Assembly: GCF_009914755.1 (NCBI RefSeq)
Contig: NC_060930.1
DNA: 64,000 bases
Direction: 5' to 3' (one strand)
Source of the DNA: the human T2T-CHM13v2.0 reference genome, Homo sapiens
The notes under the pieces are model-generated. The model was not told where the DNA came from. It did not search any database and saw only the letters and a list, made by a program, of their open reading frames with translations. The translations under genes and the position numbers were made by a program. The first letter of the stretch is position 1, and the number at the start of each line of letters is the position of its first letter. This document shows positions 27,602-41,296 of this stretch, in pieces.

Positions 27602-29916
27602 GTCTAGAATACTGTGTGTCAGATGGAAAGATGAGACATTTAGTTTTTCTCCATGAATAAAATACGTGAGATTCAACTGTTGCTTTGTTTTGCAATACTA
27701 TGGGATTCCTCTCTAAAAATTGTTCAAAATCTCATGCTTTGAAGAACTACATTATATGGATTGTAAAATGACTTAAGCAGGAAGTACTTGACATGAATAT
27801 GTGCTTAATAAATATTGATTGGTTGATTTCTGAAAAGTAGATCTTCAGAGATGTAAGGCAAATGTCTTCCAGTAATATAAAATGATACATCCCTACTTAG
27901 GGGATCTAGGATGCTATGCATTGAGACAAGACAAAGTTTATGGTGTCAGAGCCAGAGAGAAAGCAAGGGTGATCTGAGCCCAGCAACACAGCTCCATTGT
28001 AAATAGCTGCTCACCTGGGGCAAACAAGTGCTATAGGATATGATAAGGAAGGTTCATTTCATCATTTTATGGCTGTGTACATCCTGGAGTGAAGGAAAGG
28101 CATTAACGAGTTTGGTAAGAGCTGGCAAAGCCAGAGTCCTTATTTGCAAGGCATGGTAAGCCTATGGGTGTGTTATCATTTACTTCATTGTGATTTACGA
28201 CAGTCCTACTGCTGATTATACCTCTCTGACCCCCTCAGGGTTGGTTGGAAGTTGTTTAGATCCTACCTTTTTCTCTCCAGACACCAGAGACTGCCAGAAC
28301 CACGCTCACCTGTGAGTGAAACAAGCAAATTCCCTGGCATCAAGGGGAAGTTAAAACTTCTATTTGAAACAACTTTTTGAACACTTTTGGCATATGTGGA
28401 AATGTACATATACACACACGCATATGTATGTGGATTATGTAAGGGGTTATAATAAAGTAAAATTAAGATTCAAGAGCATTTTTGACTTTAAGAAAAATAT
28501 TCCTGACCCATGCACTCTTATGTAACCTGATCCCTCAGAAGCATACAAGATAAATCAAATTTACAGAGTTACAAAAAAGTGTTCACTGACTGCTGGAAAA
28601 TATATGATGTCATATTTGTGGTTAATGGCCTAAGTTAGATTAAAAAGATGCACTTTTTTGTATTTTGATGATTTGTCCTTTGTTTTTTCTGTTTTAGTTA
28701 GACTTGACCATGGAATTGATACTCTGTCAATAAATTCTTTATCTTTCACTGTTGCCACTGGTAAGAATAGCTAAAGGTTTTGCAGGATAATTGCCTTGAA
28801 GAAGGTATCTTCAGAATCCATTTATTTCAATTATTTGCCAATATTATTCAAAATTTCTTGTCTTCTTATCACTATCAATGAGTAGAAATTTTCAGGATTG
28901 CTAAGAGTTTGTTATGCTTTGTGGGAGAAATTCTGTGTAAGATTGAGTTTTGAAAAAATTCCATGTTGCATAATCTGGGGAAATGCCTGTTCATGCCTAT
29001 ATCTGAGCAAACTTTGTAACTTGTTTATAAAGGAAAAAAGATTTGAAATTTAAAATTTGGCAATTAGGAGCACATTAACCCTCCTTGTCTACAATTTTTA
29101 TCGCACCATAAAAATACACTTTTAAGAAAAAAAATAGCATTCCTTTTAAAGGTTTCTTTCAAAAGATATCCCTTTAGGAGATGGGAGTTAAATAACAAAA
29201 TCAATTACTCTCTTTGTTGGGTAAGTCAAGGACTCCCTAAGCCCAAATTTTGAGTGCCTCTTGGCATCTTTGTATATAACAACTGGAGGTTATCCACACA
29301 TTAATTGCCTCTAATACTATTCAAATGCATAATCAAATCCAACAACTCATTTCTGCTTAACTGATGCAACACAGATGATGCCATGCTTCCTGAGACTGAA
29401 AGGTTTGCTAAGGAAATTGCCTCTAAAATTATGGCAAGTATAAAATAAAGGACTATTAGAGGAGATACCACCTTAGCTGCTGTACCTAGGGATACTGATA
29501 AAGGATATATCACAACACTCATTCATAACTGAAAGGATATTAAAATCCAAATAAAGCAAAAGACCAAAGATAACTTAAGCCATACCCCAAAAAGCTAATT
29601 AACTAATAAGTTATTTTACTGTTTAACAGAATGAAGAGATTAATGGTAGACAACTCTTTAGCTGGAATATTGGAAAGACTTACACAATGAAAGCAATAAG
29701 TGACATAGATCTTGCTAAAAATCAATAAAGCAAGTAAAGCCAGTTGGCACACTATTTAACGTGAATCAATGTGAATGATATCTCATCAAACTTGAGGTGT
29801 CATTCAAGAAGGAATACTTGCTATTTCTGTCTCCTAAATTTCCAAGAAGACATTACAAGTGTCTAAAATGAGCACACTCTTAGGTGACCCTGATAGAAGT
29901 GCATTTTATATTTACT

Positions 29917-30449
29917 TGTGAAACGTGCCCCAAAAGTTAAAGAAACCAATAACTCATATAAATTCTTGGGTTTGCAGGATGTCAGATTAAAAACAAGAAA
30001 CAGCTTCCTGAAACACTAAAACTCCCTCCACTTGTAAGACAACAAAACTGGCTGAAATCTTTTCGAACCGATACGGCCAGCTGGAGTTTGCACAGAACAA
30101 GCTTGCTGATGTCACAGCCTGGATTTCCACTGCACGTTTTATATTAACTCCTCCCCAAATTTGCACATGGGACCTATAAGGAAGCACAAAGGGATGACTG
30201 TGCGTGCCTGAGGGTCTTTCAGACCTCTCCTTTCCTCCCACCAATTACCTGCTAATCTCAGAATCCACCCTCTTAAACCTTTTCTAGTAAAAGTATTGCC
30301 TTAAAACCAGCACAGAGAGATGGATCTGAGCTTGACTCATATCTCCTTGTAAGTCAACTTGCAATAAATAGCTTTTCTTTCTCAAAAACTTGGTATTATA
30401 TTATTGGATTCTAGAACATTGGGCAGCAAGTTCCTTTTGCTTGATAGCA
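29917..30449 (+). mobile_element. ERV solo LTR (LTR47-like)
   Basis: tg...ca termini, aataaa at 30363, gtgccccaaaagttaaagaaaccaat and cttgctgatgtcacagcctggatttccac match my recollection of LTR47. Confidence 0.65.
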
Positions 30450-31339
30450 CTTTTGTATAAATGTATATGTGTAAGGATGTAATTAACAGCATCCTTTTAG
30501 GTTTCTGCATTTATATTAGGCCAAATCGATATACCTTTTAGATATTGCTGGACTTGGATTCAATTTGCTTTGTTCTCCATTTCATTTACTAAAATCTGGG
30601 TCTAATGTAAGAGTCCTTGGTATATTACATAAACATAAATCATTGCTGCTGAAGTTCTAATAGGACTCTGTTGCTACTTGCAGAAACCAGCTTTGAGGTA
30701 GTCAAGGAAAGAGGATAAAGAAAAGAACAAAACTGAGGTTTTAATTTCATACATGATTTGTGTCTTTGACAGTGCTTTTGTTTCATACAAAACACAAACG
30801 AAATAAAAATTTAGGTTCCATTTCTGTCCCTTGCCATGTTAACTGTCCAATATAAAAAGAATTGAGCATTATGAAGTAGGGTTCTGCAGCTTGCTAGATA
30901 ATAAAGATATTGAAAGAAGGGTTCAATTTGGGTTGGATGCCAATAGTGGTGAAGCATCCTGCATGTTCACGTTGGCTCTCCAGAACTTTCAGGACTTGAT
31001 AATTCTGCAGGAACGCAAGGTGGGGGCCTGACTTCTCTTAAGCCACACCAATGCCAGTTAAATTTGGGATTGACAGAAAAGTAGAGAAAGAATAGTTAAG
31101 TTTGCATGAACTTCATTTATGTCTTTTTTTTCATGTGTGTATTCATGCAGTGTTCACTCCCTACTCACTATAAGCCACATGCTCTGCAAGATACTAGGTA
31201 TACAAAGATGAATAAATTTGTCCTTGAGGAACAAGTAATTATAAAGTTAGAAGATAAAGATAAAAATATCCAACCTGTATTGAAAAAGAAGAAAAAGAAG
31301 AAGAGGAAGAGGAGAGGTAGAGGAAATCACCTATGAAGA

Positions 31340-33922
31340 AACTGAAATCCAACTAACCTCAGAGGAGTTCTTTAAAACTCTACATGCCAAAGACAATGAA
31401 GCAACTAACAGAATTATAGGGGAAAAGTTTGTGACCAAACTATAATCTATGTTTATTCTTTGTGGCGAGGACCATAAAATATAACCCCACACACTCAAAG
31501 GAAAAAATGCTTGAACACATTCTATAGCCTGCCAAGATTTTCATAAAATGAAGAGCTTAAATTGAGTTAGAAACAGACTCCCAATGAGCAATGAAATTAG
31601 CAATTTGAAAGATGCATGCAACTGTCAAAAAAGGGAGAGAGAAGATACATAATGAAAAAATAATCACTTTTTCAGTAATATTTATCAGACCCCCTCCTAT
31701 ATGCTAGACAGCATTCTAGTCAATGAGATTACAACAGTAAATTAAACAGACAAAAATTAAGCAGAATGCAAAGTCTGCCTTTATAAAGCCTATATTCTAC
31801 AGGAGAATCAGAAAATAAACAAGATACAAAAAATGCATAGTATGAAATCACATAATACCTCAAGTCTTAATAGCAAAAACTAGCATATGGATATAAAAGG
31901 ATAGAAAAAGTGAGTGAAAAAGGGATAAATATTTTAGCTTATGTAGAAGAGGAAGAAAAGACTTTAATTTCCAGGAATTTACACACACATGTGCACACAC
32001 AAAATGTAGGGTAGAAAAATTATTGCTTAGACAAAATAGAAGTCAAAGGGAACAGCATTAAATAGGACAAAAAGAATAACTCATACTACTACTACTAATA
32101 ATAAAAGTCAACACATTCAAAGTCCATCTTCTTATTCTTCATCTGACTCAGTTTCTGCTCTTGCCTCTCTAAGTGAGGGTATTGTCCTACTGCCCCCAAA
32201 GCCAGGCCAAAAACCTGGGCATCATTCTTTACTCCTCTGTCCCTGCGCACACCCAATCTACCGCCCGTGACGTTTTGTTTTTCTACCTCCTAAATACATC
32301 TCAATCCATCTCCTTCCCTTTGTGCTTTCTGACATTTTGCTCATTTAGAACACCATCATCTCTTACCTGGCCTTCTACCTCAACCCTCTAACTGGTTCCC
32401 TTGCCTCCTGCTTGTTTTCATCAAATCTACTATCCATGGGGAGCTCCAAACTATCTTTCAGTCTACCCATCTGATTATAACATTATTCTGTGTAAAACAC
32501 CTTTGGCATCCCATTGTCCAGAACTCCTTAATGTCACCCTCTGTAGTTTAACTGTTGATTATCTCTCCAGGCTGGTATCTCATTTGTTGCTTTTTATATC
32601 CAGCCACGTGAGCATTTGCAATTCCCAAATACTGGGTCAGCCGCTTTCTCACCTTGAGGGTGTTTCCCTCTGCCTGGTACCCGCTCTTCTTCCGTCTCCC
32701 TTTGCCTGGCCAATTCCTATTGAGTTTAGACACCACTTCTCCTTGTAAACCTTTCCTCACTCTCCACTCTGCCAAATCTGGTCGAGTTCCTATTCTGAGT
32801 GTTCCAATAGAACCTTGAACTTCCCCTATCATAGTACCTTTCCACTTGATTATAACAGCCTGTTGATATGTCTGGAGTCCACACCAGATTGTAAACCCCA
32901 TAAAGCTGTGGACCATATCCCCAGGACAAAGATCTATCCAGAAGGGGTTTTAATATTAAATGAGAAATATTATTTAAAAAGAAGTAAGAATGCAACCTGA
33001 GAATTTGGAAAAGAGAAAAATAAGCCAAAAGAAATCATCAGAAGGATTTGACCAAGATTAAAAGAAAATAAATCAGAAAGTAGAAAAATTGTATTTCTTT
33101 GAAAGAAAACATGCACATAATAAAGTGCATAAATCTGTAGCATTTTATATATAATCAAGAGAAGTTGTATGCACTCAATTGAAAAATTTATGAGAAATTT
33201 ATGAGAAAGGACAACAGATATCAAGGATATTACAAATTATGCTTATGATTTAGAATAATTTTTAAAATGGCAAATTTCCTATCTAAACATAAATGATCAA
33301 AATTGTCTTAATAATTAAGAAATCTGAAATCTCCAGTAACTCAGAAAGAATTTGAAAAAGTACTCAATAATTACTTCAAAAAATGGATACTAACCTGGGC
33401 AACTTTACAGCTTTCACATTTTCAAGAAGCAGGTAATTTCTTTCAGACAAATTGTTCCGTGGGATAAAACAAGATGAAAGAAATTATCAAATTCATTTTA
33501 TGAAGATGAAATGATTCTGTTTCAAAAAGCCAAATAAATAACAAACACAAAACTCTTGAATTGAATAGTAATCTTATTTTTGAATACAACTGCAGAAATC
33601 CTTAAAAGAATTACAATTTCAAAACAATAGCACCTTCATAAATTATCCACCACATCCAAGTAGGGTTATTCCTGGAATTCAAGAATAGCTCAATCAGAGA
33701 GAAATAGGTTAGCATACTACATCAATGGATCTAAAAAGAAAAAAATTATAAAGCTCATAAAGTCATTTCAATGCCATTTGGAATAACAATTCTTAGAAAA
33801 CTTAAACACACATGGCATTTATTCAAATTGTCAGTGATATCTGATGGCTAAAGAGTAGAGGTACTCTCTCTCATTAAAAGCAGGAACAAGACCAGGAAGT
33901 CTAATATCACCATGACTATTTA
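31340..33922 (+). mobile_element. Old L1 (L1ME-type) ORF1/ORF2 remnants, left part, with nested L2 pieces
   Basis: aattcattttatgaag, caagtagggttattcctggaattcaagaatag, aagcaggaacaagaccaggaagtctaatatcacca (RT GTRQG region). Confidence 0.7.
32110..32930 (+). mobile_element. L2
   Basis: aggccaaaaacctgggcatcattctttactcctctgt...cctaaatacatctcaatccatc...cagattgtaaaccccataaag. Confidence 0.8.
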
Positions 33923-34455
33923 TAAGAATGCTCTGAACATCAGTTTGTGCTTGTATTTGACCAAAGTCTGCCAATGTGTTTTTGCTTTGATTTTGGCTGT
34001 GGAAGTCTGAAGAGACAAATGTCTGCTTCAACTGGCTTTCTAGCGTCCCTGAGATAGTTCCTAGTCAAGGATCATGTGACTATTTAGGTTACCATCACAT
34101 GTAATCATTAATGATTGGGAGTTCCAATATTAACTGACAGACCAATAGTCTAAGCCCTATAACATCTTCATTTTTATAGGTCAAAACAATTGAATATCAG
34201 CTATTTCTTATGACTTAGTCTAAAACAAATATTGAGAGAGAGTGTGTTTGCTAAATAACTTTAAAGAGGACAGTAAATCTCTCTAAAGATATGTTGGAAT
34301 GTCTCACAAATAAGCCAGGTTGTTACAAGGTACACAATAAAGAGGGATCTGCTTCTAGTTTCAACTTTTCTTATTCATCCTGGATAAGGTGCTTAGGAAC
34401 CACTGTAACCCACTGTAACTCCTCTAAAAAGCTGGCACAGGAAACAAGACGGCTT

Positions 34456-34770
<315 letters not shown>

Positions 34771-34869
34771 AGACCCCCCGCCCCCTAAAACCCAAAAAAG
34801 ACCATTAGGCACCTGAACTCAAAATGTTTAAAATGTTTTTCCTCACCTGCCCACCTCTACCCTCCACAG

Positions 34870-34960
34870 TGAGCCATCAACCTAATAACAAGAGAGAGCA
34901 ACAAGGCCTGGGGTCCCTTTGCTGGAGCACAGTCCCAAGGTGCATCCGTCTGTGACCCAG
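34870..34960 (+). other. Candidate 91-nt non-coding exon
   Basis: Branch-like cctcac 34841, pyrimidine tract ending ccacag|, donor cag|gtaagc; stop codons in all three frames. Confidence 0.4.
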
Positions 34961-35279
34961 GTAAGCATGTGTCTTCCCAAGAGGCCAAAAGCATGGAAAC
35001 CAAACTGCAGACTTTCTCCCTATGAGCTCCCGCATGCACCAAGTGATGCTGGCTGAGGTTTTCTTGGGTCTGTGACACAACAATATCCATTTTGAACCAT
35101 CCAAGGTTTATAAAAAACATTAATAACAATATAATAGAAGGATAGAATTAGATTGTATAGTAGTAGTAATCTTTGTAGAATTGTTTGCATACTAGTACTC
35201 ATTGTCAAATAAAATAATCATTAAGAACCATATTTAATTTGCAGTTAATGAACTTTACTTAAGCTGTGACTATTTCAGG

Positions 35280-37370
35280 AGTAATGGTCCTGCTTGGAAA
35301 TTCTTCACATTCTGTACAGACGTATTAAAGGCAGAATAGCACATTATCACCTCAAATTTTCATGAGGAGGTAAAACTAAAATCATGTACAACAATCTCAA
35401 TGACATATCGATATAATGAAGAGTATGAAAAAGAGAGTAAGAGAAAAATGAGGAACCAAAAACACATTTGATGTTGCTAATCTAATTTCAAAATAGCAGA
35501 CTTAACAAACTTACTCTAAGAAAATAATCCTATATATCTGAGTCTCCAAGGCCAGATATATTTAAAAGCCTGTTGAAATGATTTATGCAAACTGACAATT
35601 GAAGCAGTTGAAGATGAAGGAGTATTCAGATTTTCACAGTCTGTGATGCCTAGGTACAAATCTCTTCTTTGTATGCATTTTACTAGAAAAATTTCCTAAA
35701 TTCCATTCTGCTGGGCACAAAAAGTTATTGACAAACTAAATGTGCCCTTTCTGCATCTTGTGTATCAGTTGTTGGGACAAGCAGGACCCACCAGAAGTCC
35801 TTTAAATTTAATAGGATTCATGGTGAGTTTATGCTGAATTTGCTAGATTTCTCTTTTACATGCTTAATGAGGGATTTTGGGGATACAAGCTAACAAAATA
35901 ATGAGTCTGGCTGTGGAAATATCTGTAGAATGGAAAATCAGTAAAGACAATTACAATCAACAATGAGTACACATGATGAAGGCCTCAAGTGATTTAGGAA
36001 TTGTAAATATACACTATTTTAATCATAGTTTCCAGTTGTGTTTGGAAAATAATTATGACACAGTGTATTTTAACAGAATTACCTATCTTAAGAAAGATTA
36101 CAGGACTCTTCATTTCTTACTCTTTGATTGAAGACAAACTACACGGAGTATAAGAGGTTTTGGAACCGGTTTGTCATGCTTATAAAAGATAAGGAAGCCC
36201 CTCTCACATGTAAAAAGGCTGCTCGAACAAAATAAAGCCTCAATATTGTATGCTGCAGATAATAGTCCCAGTCGTCCCAGTCTAGCAGGGCGTATTACCC
36301 ACCAACTATTTTTTCAGAGAAAGTAGTTTGTTCTTTGCAAACTGCTCAAGTAATAATCAAACTGAGGAGTGCAAAATAATTCTGACATATTTGCACATGA
36401 GGAGTGCAAATAATTCTGACACGATTACTACTATTAAAATACTCCTATCACCCTGCTTTGGAAGAAATGCTGCAATTAGTATACAGACAGTGTATACTAA
36501 TTAGTATAATTGCAAGCGGAGGTGCAGAGGGAAAATCAGACCTTATTCTTTTATTTGAAAAGCTGGCTGGGTGTGGAGGCTCATGCCTGTAATCCCAGCA
36601 CCGAGAGGCCAAAGCCGGAAGATCATCTGAGGCCAGGAGTTCGAGACCAGACTGGGCAACATAGTGAGACCTCCATCTTTAAAAAAAAAAAAAATTAGCT
36701 GGTGTGGCGGTACATGCCTATAATCCCAGCTACTCAGGAGACTGAGCAGGGAGGATGGCTTGAGCCTGGGAGGTCAAGGCTGCCAGTGAGCTGTGATTGC
36801 ACCACCACATTCCAGCCTGGGTTTCGGAGTGAGATCATGTCTCAAAAAAAAAAAAAAAAAAAAAAAAAAAGCCAATTACATTCAGTCGCAACATTTCTAG
36901 ATCAAAGGTTTGAGGACATATTTTCATCAAAGGATGTATTTAAATGTGAAATATACTAGACATCAAAGTATAAGTGAAGGTGAAAATCCAAAGCGTGATT
37001 CTGAAAGTATTCGGAAAGCATCTCCTTTCAACGTGTGTGAACCTTACATTGGTGAGGCTGTATCAGTGGAACTGCATCATCACCATTGACCAAATCTTCA
37101 AGGCTAGCAGTTTAAAACAAAGTGTCTTTCCCTTCTTTGGTACTGCTAGAGAGAAAGGAAAGCCCACTGACAACATCTCTATCTCTATCAGCAGTGCCTA
37201 TCTTGATAGAGCTAGACAAGACAGCTCCCTAACACCATGATGAAACTGAGCATTCATTCAACATCATCTGTGTGCAGCATGGTACCCACAGGAGCAATCT
37301 AGTGACTAACAGGGCCATGGAATTTCCTGTCCTCAGCCATAACATCAAATTTAAAAAATTAAACTACTAA
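35280..37370 (+). pseudogene. Decayed BED-finger hAT transposase (frameshifts, stops, AluJ insertion)
   Basis: Hand translation: PAWKFF..KAE(C)TL 35289; AVEDEGVF..MPRYK 35604; IHYFNHSFQLC 36009; LRKITGLF 36088; KRLLEQNKA 36213; ATFLDQRF 36888; TEHSFN..HRSNL..VLSHN..stop 37245-37370. Confidence 0.8.
36565..36870 (+). mobile_element. AluJ
   Basis: ggaggatggcttgagcctgggaggtcaaggctgc; A27 tail; inserted inside the hAT transposase. Confidence 0.95.
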
Positions 37371-37547
37371 AAATGTTAATGACATTTATAATGATCACTA
37401 TAATTCATAATATAATTATGATAAATTTTGGGTTAATTATATATTCCTGTCATTTATTTTATGTTGACAATACATGGTGTTGGCTAAATATTAATTCTTA
37501 ACATTTGGCCTTTCTGTATTTCTTTAAATTGTATGGTCACTGTCCTT

Positions 37548-38700
37548 TTACTTAATAGTATCCTGAAAATACTGGCTAATGCATTAAATCATGAAATAGA
37601 AATGAAGTCTAATTCCTTAAGGAGAGGACATAAAATTAATACTATTTACAGATGACACAAATATAATGCTAGGAAACCTATAAGCATCAACTGGAATAGT
37701 TTTAGAATTAATGAGCATTCATTAGCAACCTAAAATGTTAGCAGCATAGAGATTTAAAGTAAGATTTAAATAATTAATAATATTAAATAATAAAAAATAA
37801 GATTTAAATAATTAGAAAGATTATTATAAAAAGAAAGAACTTTTACTAGTGAAAAAAATTGGCACTGTAAAGATGTAAATACTTCTTAATTAATTTGTTG
37901 GTTTAACAAACTCCTGGTCAGATTTCCAGCAGAATTTATTTTAGAGCTTAAATATCAAAATATCATCTAGAGAAATAAGTGGGTAAAAGTGGCTAATTTT
38001 TAAAAATCAAAGTGATGGAAAGAAAATTAATCTTTCAGATAGACACTATATTACAAAGTAACATTAAGTAAAATGGTATGATTTTACTGAAAGAAAAGGA
38101 AAGATAGCTCTCAAACAAAATAGATAGAAATATATTACAAACTTATGGAGAAGGGAAGGAATTTGTTGTAAATACCTTAAGGATAATTAGTTCTTTAGGG
38201 AGAAACAATCAAGAACCTCCTCTCTTTCATCTACCATTAGTTGAGTTAATATTTAATAAGAGCTTCTAGTAGTGCCTGACACAAATATGCTTTATATAGG
38301 TATTTATTAAATAAAGAAAACAAATAAGATACCAAGATAAATCTAAAAACTTTAAAGTAAAATAATTAACCCTATAGAAATAAATACTGGTGACTTGAGA
38401 ATTTCTGTACAAAAAAAGGTAAAAATTGATTTATTTAGTACATTTGTTCCATGCCGGAAACAAAATAGAAAGCAAACAAACATCTGGGTAAAATATTTCT
38501 TAGCAAACATGGTAGACAAATATATAAAAAACTCTTAAAAAACAATAAGAAAATTAGTAAGAGTTCTTGTTAAGTAAAGAACACAGACAAGTGACAAAAA
38601 TATGACATTCTGATAGATTTATGATAATAATACTTGTTCAAGGTCATACCATTTTTAAAAATTGGTGAAGACTTCAAATAATCTCCATGTTTTAGAATAC
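37548..38700 (+). mobile_element. Old L1 (L1ME-type) ORF2, right part
   Basis: ctatttacagatgac (LF(A/T)DD RT motif); ttttagagcttaaatatcaaaatatcatctagagaaataag. Confidence 0.7.
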
Positions 38701-38739
38701 TGTTAAAATTTTAAAATCAAAAGTAAGGAGCTCATGGTT

Positions 38740-39265
38740 AAAAGGATCTCATAATGAAAATCAAGCTTCTTGCCTTCTCCTCCCTACTCTGAGTTCAATT
38801 CTCTGAAAGCAAGCACTTAACTTTGTTGCTTCTTATATTTACCTTCATGTCTGTGAGTGGTAAACATAAACTGCTTTTCCTGTTTTATCAGTTTTATACC
38901 TTAGATATTGATTTCTGCAGTAACAAATGAAATTTCAGCTCTCAGTGCATACCTTCCTCTTTTTCCCATTCTACCCATGTAATTATATCACTTTCAAATC
39001 ACTGATGTCATATAACCACATAAATATTGTTCCCTGCGAAACTCACTAATGTTTTACGATTATATGCCTTTTACTGTCTTTTGCCCCCGTGTCCCTCTGG
39101 AGTTTCTGATTGCCTTTATTTTTTTATAGCACTAATTGCCTTTATCATATTGTTTTTTTCAAACTCTTGATTATATCAGGTGTGTTAGCAAATTATCTCC
39201 TGGACTTAGACCACTGTTCCATAAACCTAGATCTTTTTGCACCAATCTTGGCTACTTGCTCTGCA
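38740..39265 (-). mobile_element. HAL1-like fragment
   Basis: aaatattgttccctgcgaaac...ctggagtttctgattgcctt resembles antisense HAL1. Confidence 0.5.
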
Positions 39266-39269
39266 AAGA

Positions 39270-39580
39270 TTTGTTGAAATGCTGTATGAAAAGAGGGAGT
39301 GGTGAGACACTCAAACAGTGCTGGTAGAGTATAAATTGTTACAACCACCCTAGAAAGCAAGTTGTCACTATATGACAAAAGCTATAAACATTCAAAGACT
39401 TTGACCCTACTTTTCACTTCTAGAAATTGCTTCTAAGAAAATAATCAGAAATGTCATTCAGATTTGTGTGCAAAGATGATAACTGTAATGATGTTTATGT
39501 GAAAAAGTGGAAGTAACTTGAGTGCCCAGTTATTTGTGAGTCGTTAGTAGATTGTGGAGTACTCTAGATTCATTAAAATT
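39270..39580 (+). mobile_element. L1ME ORF2 end / 3' region
   Basis: gtgctggtagagtataaattgttacaaccaccctagaaagcaa...ctttgaccctacttttcacttctagaaatt. Confidence 0.75.
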
Positions 39581-40069
39581 CATTGGTAGAGCACTTTTGA
39601 AATCTGCTTCAGGGAAACACCTCGAAGAGAAAAGTAGCTATCTTCAAGCGACTAAAACTGAAGTATAATAAGAGAACCATGTGATTCAAGCAAGTCCACA
39701 ACAGAGCCAACAGAGTCTGCTTTCAAAGGAATCTGCAAATTGAAGGATACAAACAGGTACGCTCCGAAATCTCAAGGGTGGAATTAATTGCTGTAGTGTG
39801 CCTGTGCACATGGGCAACCCTATGTAGCATGCATGTTCCAGATGGGTAACAGGTGCTTGATTTTTTAATGTAATGATGGTTGTGCTGCTCCCAAGCAATG
39901 AGAAAGAGGGCAGCTGTGGATGAATGGGCGTAGGGAATAGGTAAGGATGTGAAACTGACAAGGAAGGGAAGCGGTGTTATTAAATAAAGGCTGAATATTC
40001 ACACAGGGGATACAGAACACTTCCCCTAATGCTAAGGTGCTGAGGAAAGGCTGTGTGGGAGATGAGTAG

Positions 40070-40175
40070 ATGCACGTTGAGAATTACGAGGGGAATTACG
40101 TCATCAGGGGAAATCCAGGTTTCACCTGGGATGAGGCGGCGGCGCATGTATTTAAAGAACAGATTGCAAATTTCT
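40070..40175. promoter_or_regulatory. Candidate NF-kB/CRE inducible element
   Basis: GGGGAATTAC 40090, TTACGTCA 40096, GGGGAAATCC 40107, TATTTAAA 40149, six retained CpGs. Confidence 0.45.
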
Positions 40176-40987
40176 GAGCTCCTTGGCAGCAGAGCAGGGT
40201 TTCCAGAAGACATATGGTTACAGTTAAAGGAAGGGTCAAAAGGGGAAGGATGTGTCACAGAAAGGTCAGGCTGCTCTCAATGGAATGGAGACTTATAGAC
40301 ATGGAGAGAGGGGTCGCCAGAATTAGTCCCTTAGATAACTAGGGAGGAGAAATTCTGGGAGTTGAGGGGTACAGAGCAAAGGCATCAACAGAACAAATGG
40401 GACAGAACTGGCAGCCCCAGCATTTCAAATGAAACTTCGGAATGAACTAGGGAAGATACCTCCACAAACTATTGTTTCAACTATCTCAGGTACACCTAAT
40501 TGCCATAGGCCTATCAGCATTTTTGAGGTTGACTTCATGCACAAATATTTTTGGGAAAACCTGATGGCTAAGTAATTTGAATAAACGCCTTGAAGGGAAT
40601 GAAGTGGTAGGGAAGATGGATTTGGAATTATCTGTTCCTTTTTTGTAAAAGCATAGATGAGAGAGGCTTTGGGGTACACTAACAAAAGACAGAAAATGCA
40701 GTATTAGCTCAAGAAACCTGGGCCAGGTTGTTTGCCTTGAGGGAGCAAGAGGCTTGTGTGGGAGCCTTCCGGGACTGTGTGAAATCTTGGCTGAGTTTTG
40801 AGTCAAGGTCGACCAGATGCAGGTCTGGCTTCCCAGAGAGTAGATCTCACTCCCTTGCTGAAGCACAAATCTGCTGGGAGTGGCGCTGACTTTGGACTCG
40901 AGGAAGAGTGAGAGTAAATTAGTAAACAAACTAAAATAGGAAATAAAAATGATTTATGGTTTGTAAGTAGACACATAAAAATTTTCA

Positions 40988-41296
<309 letters not shown>

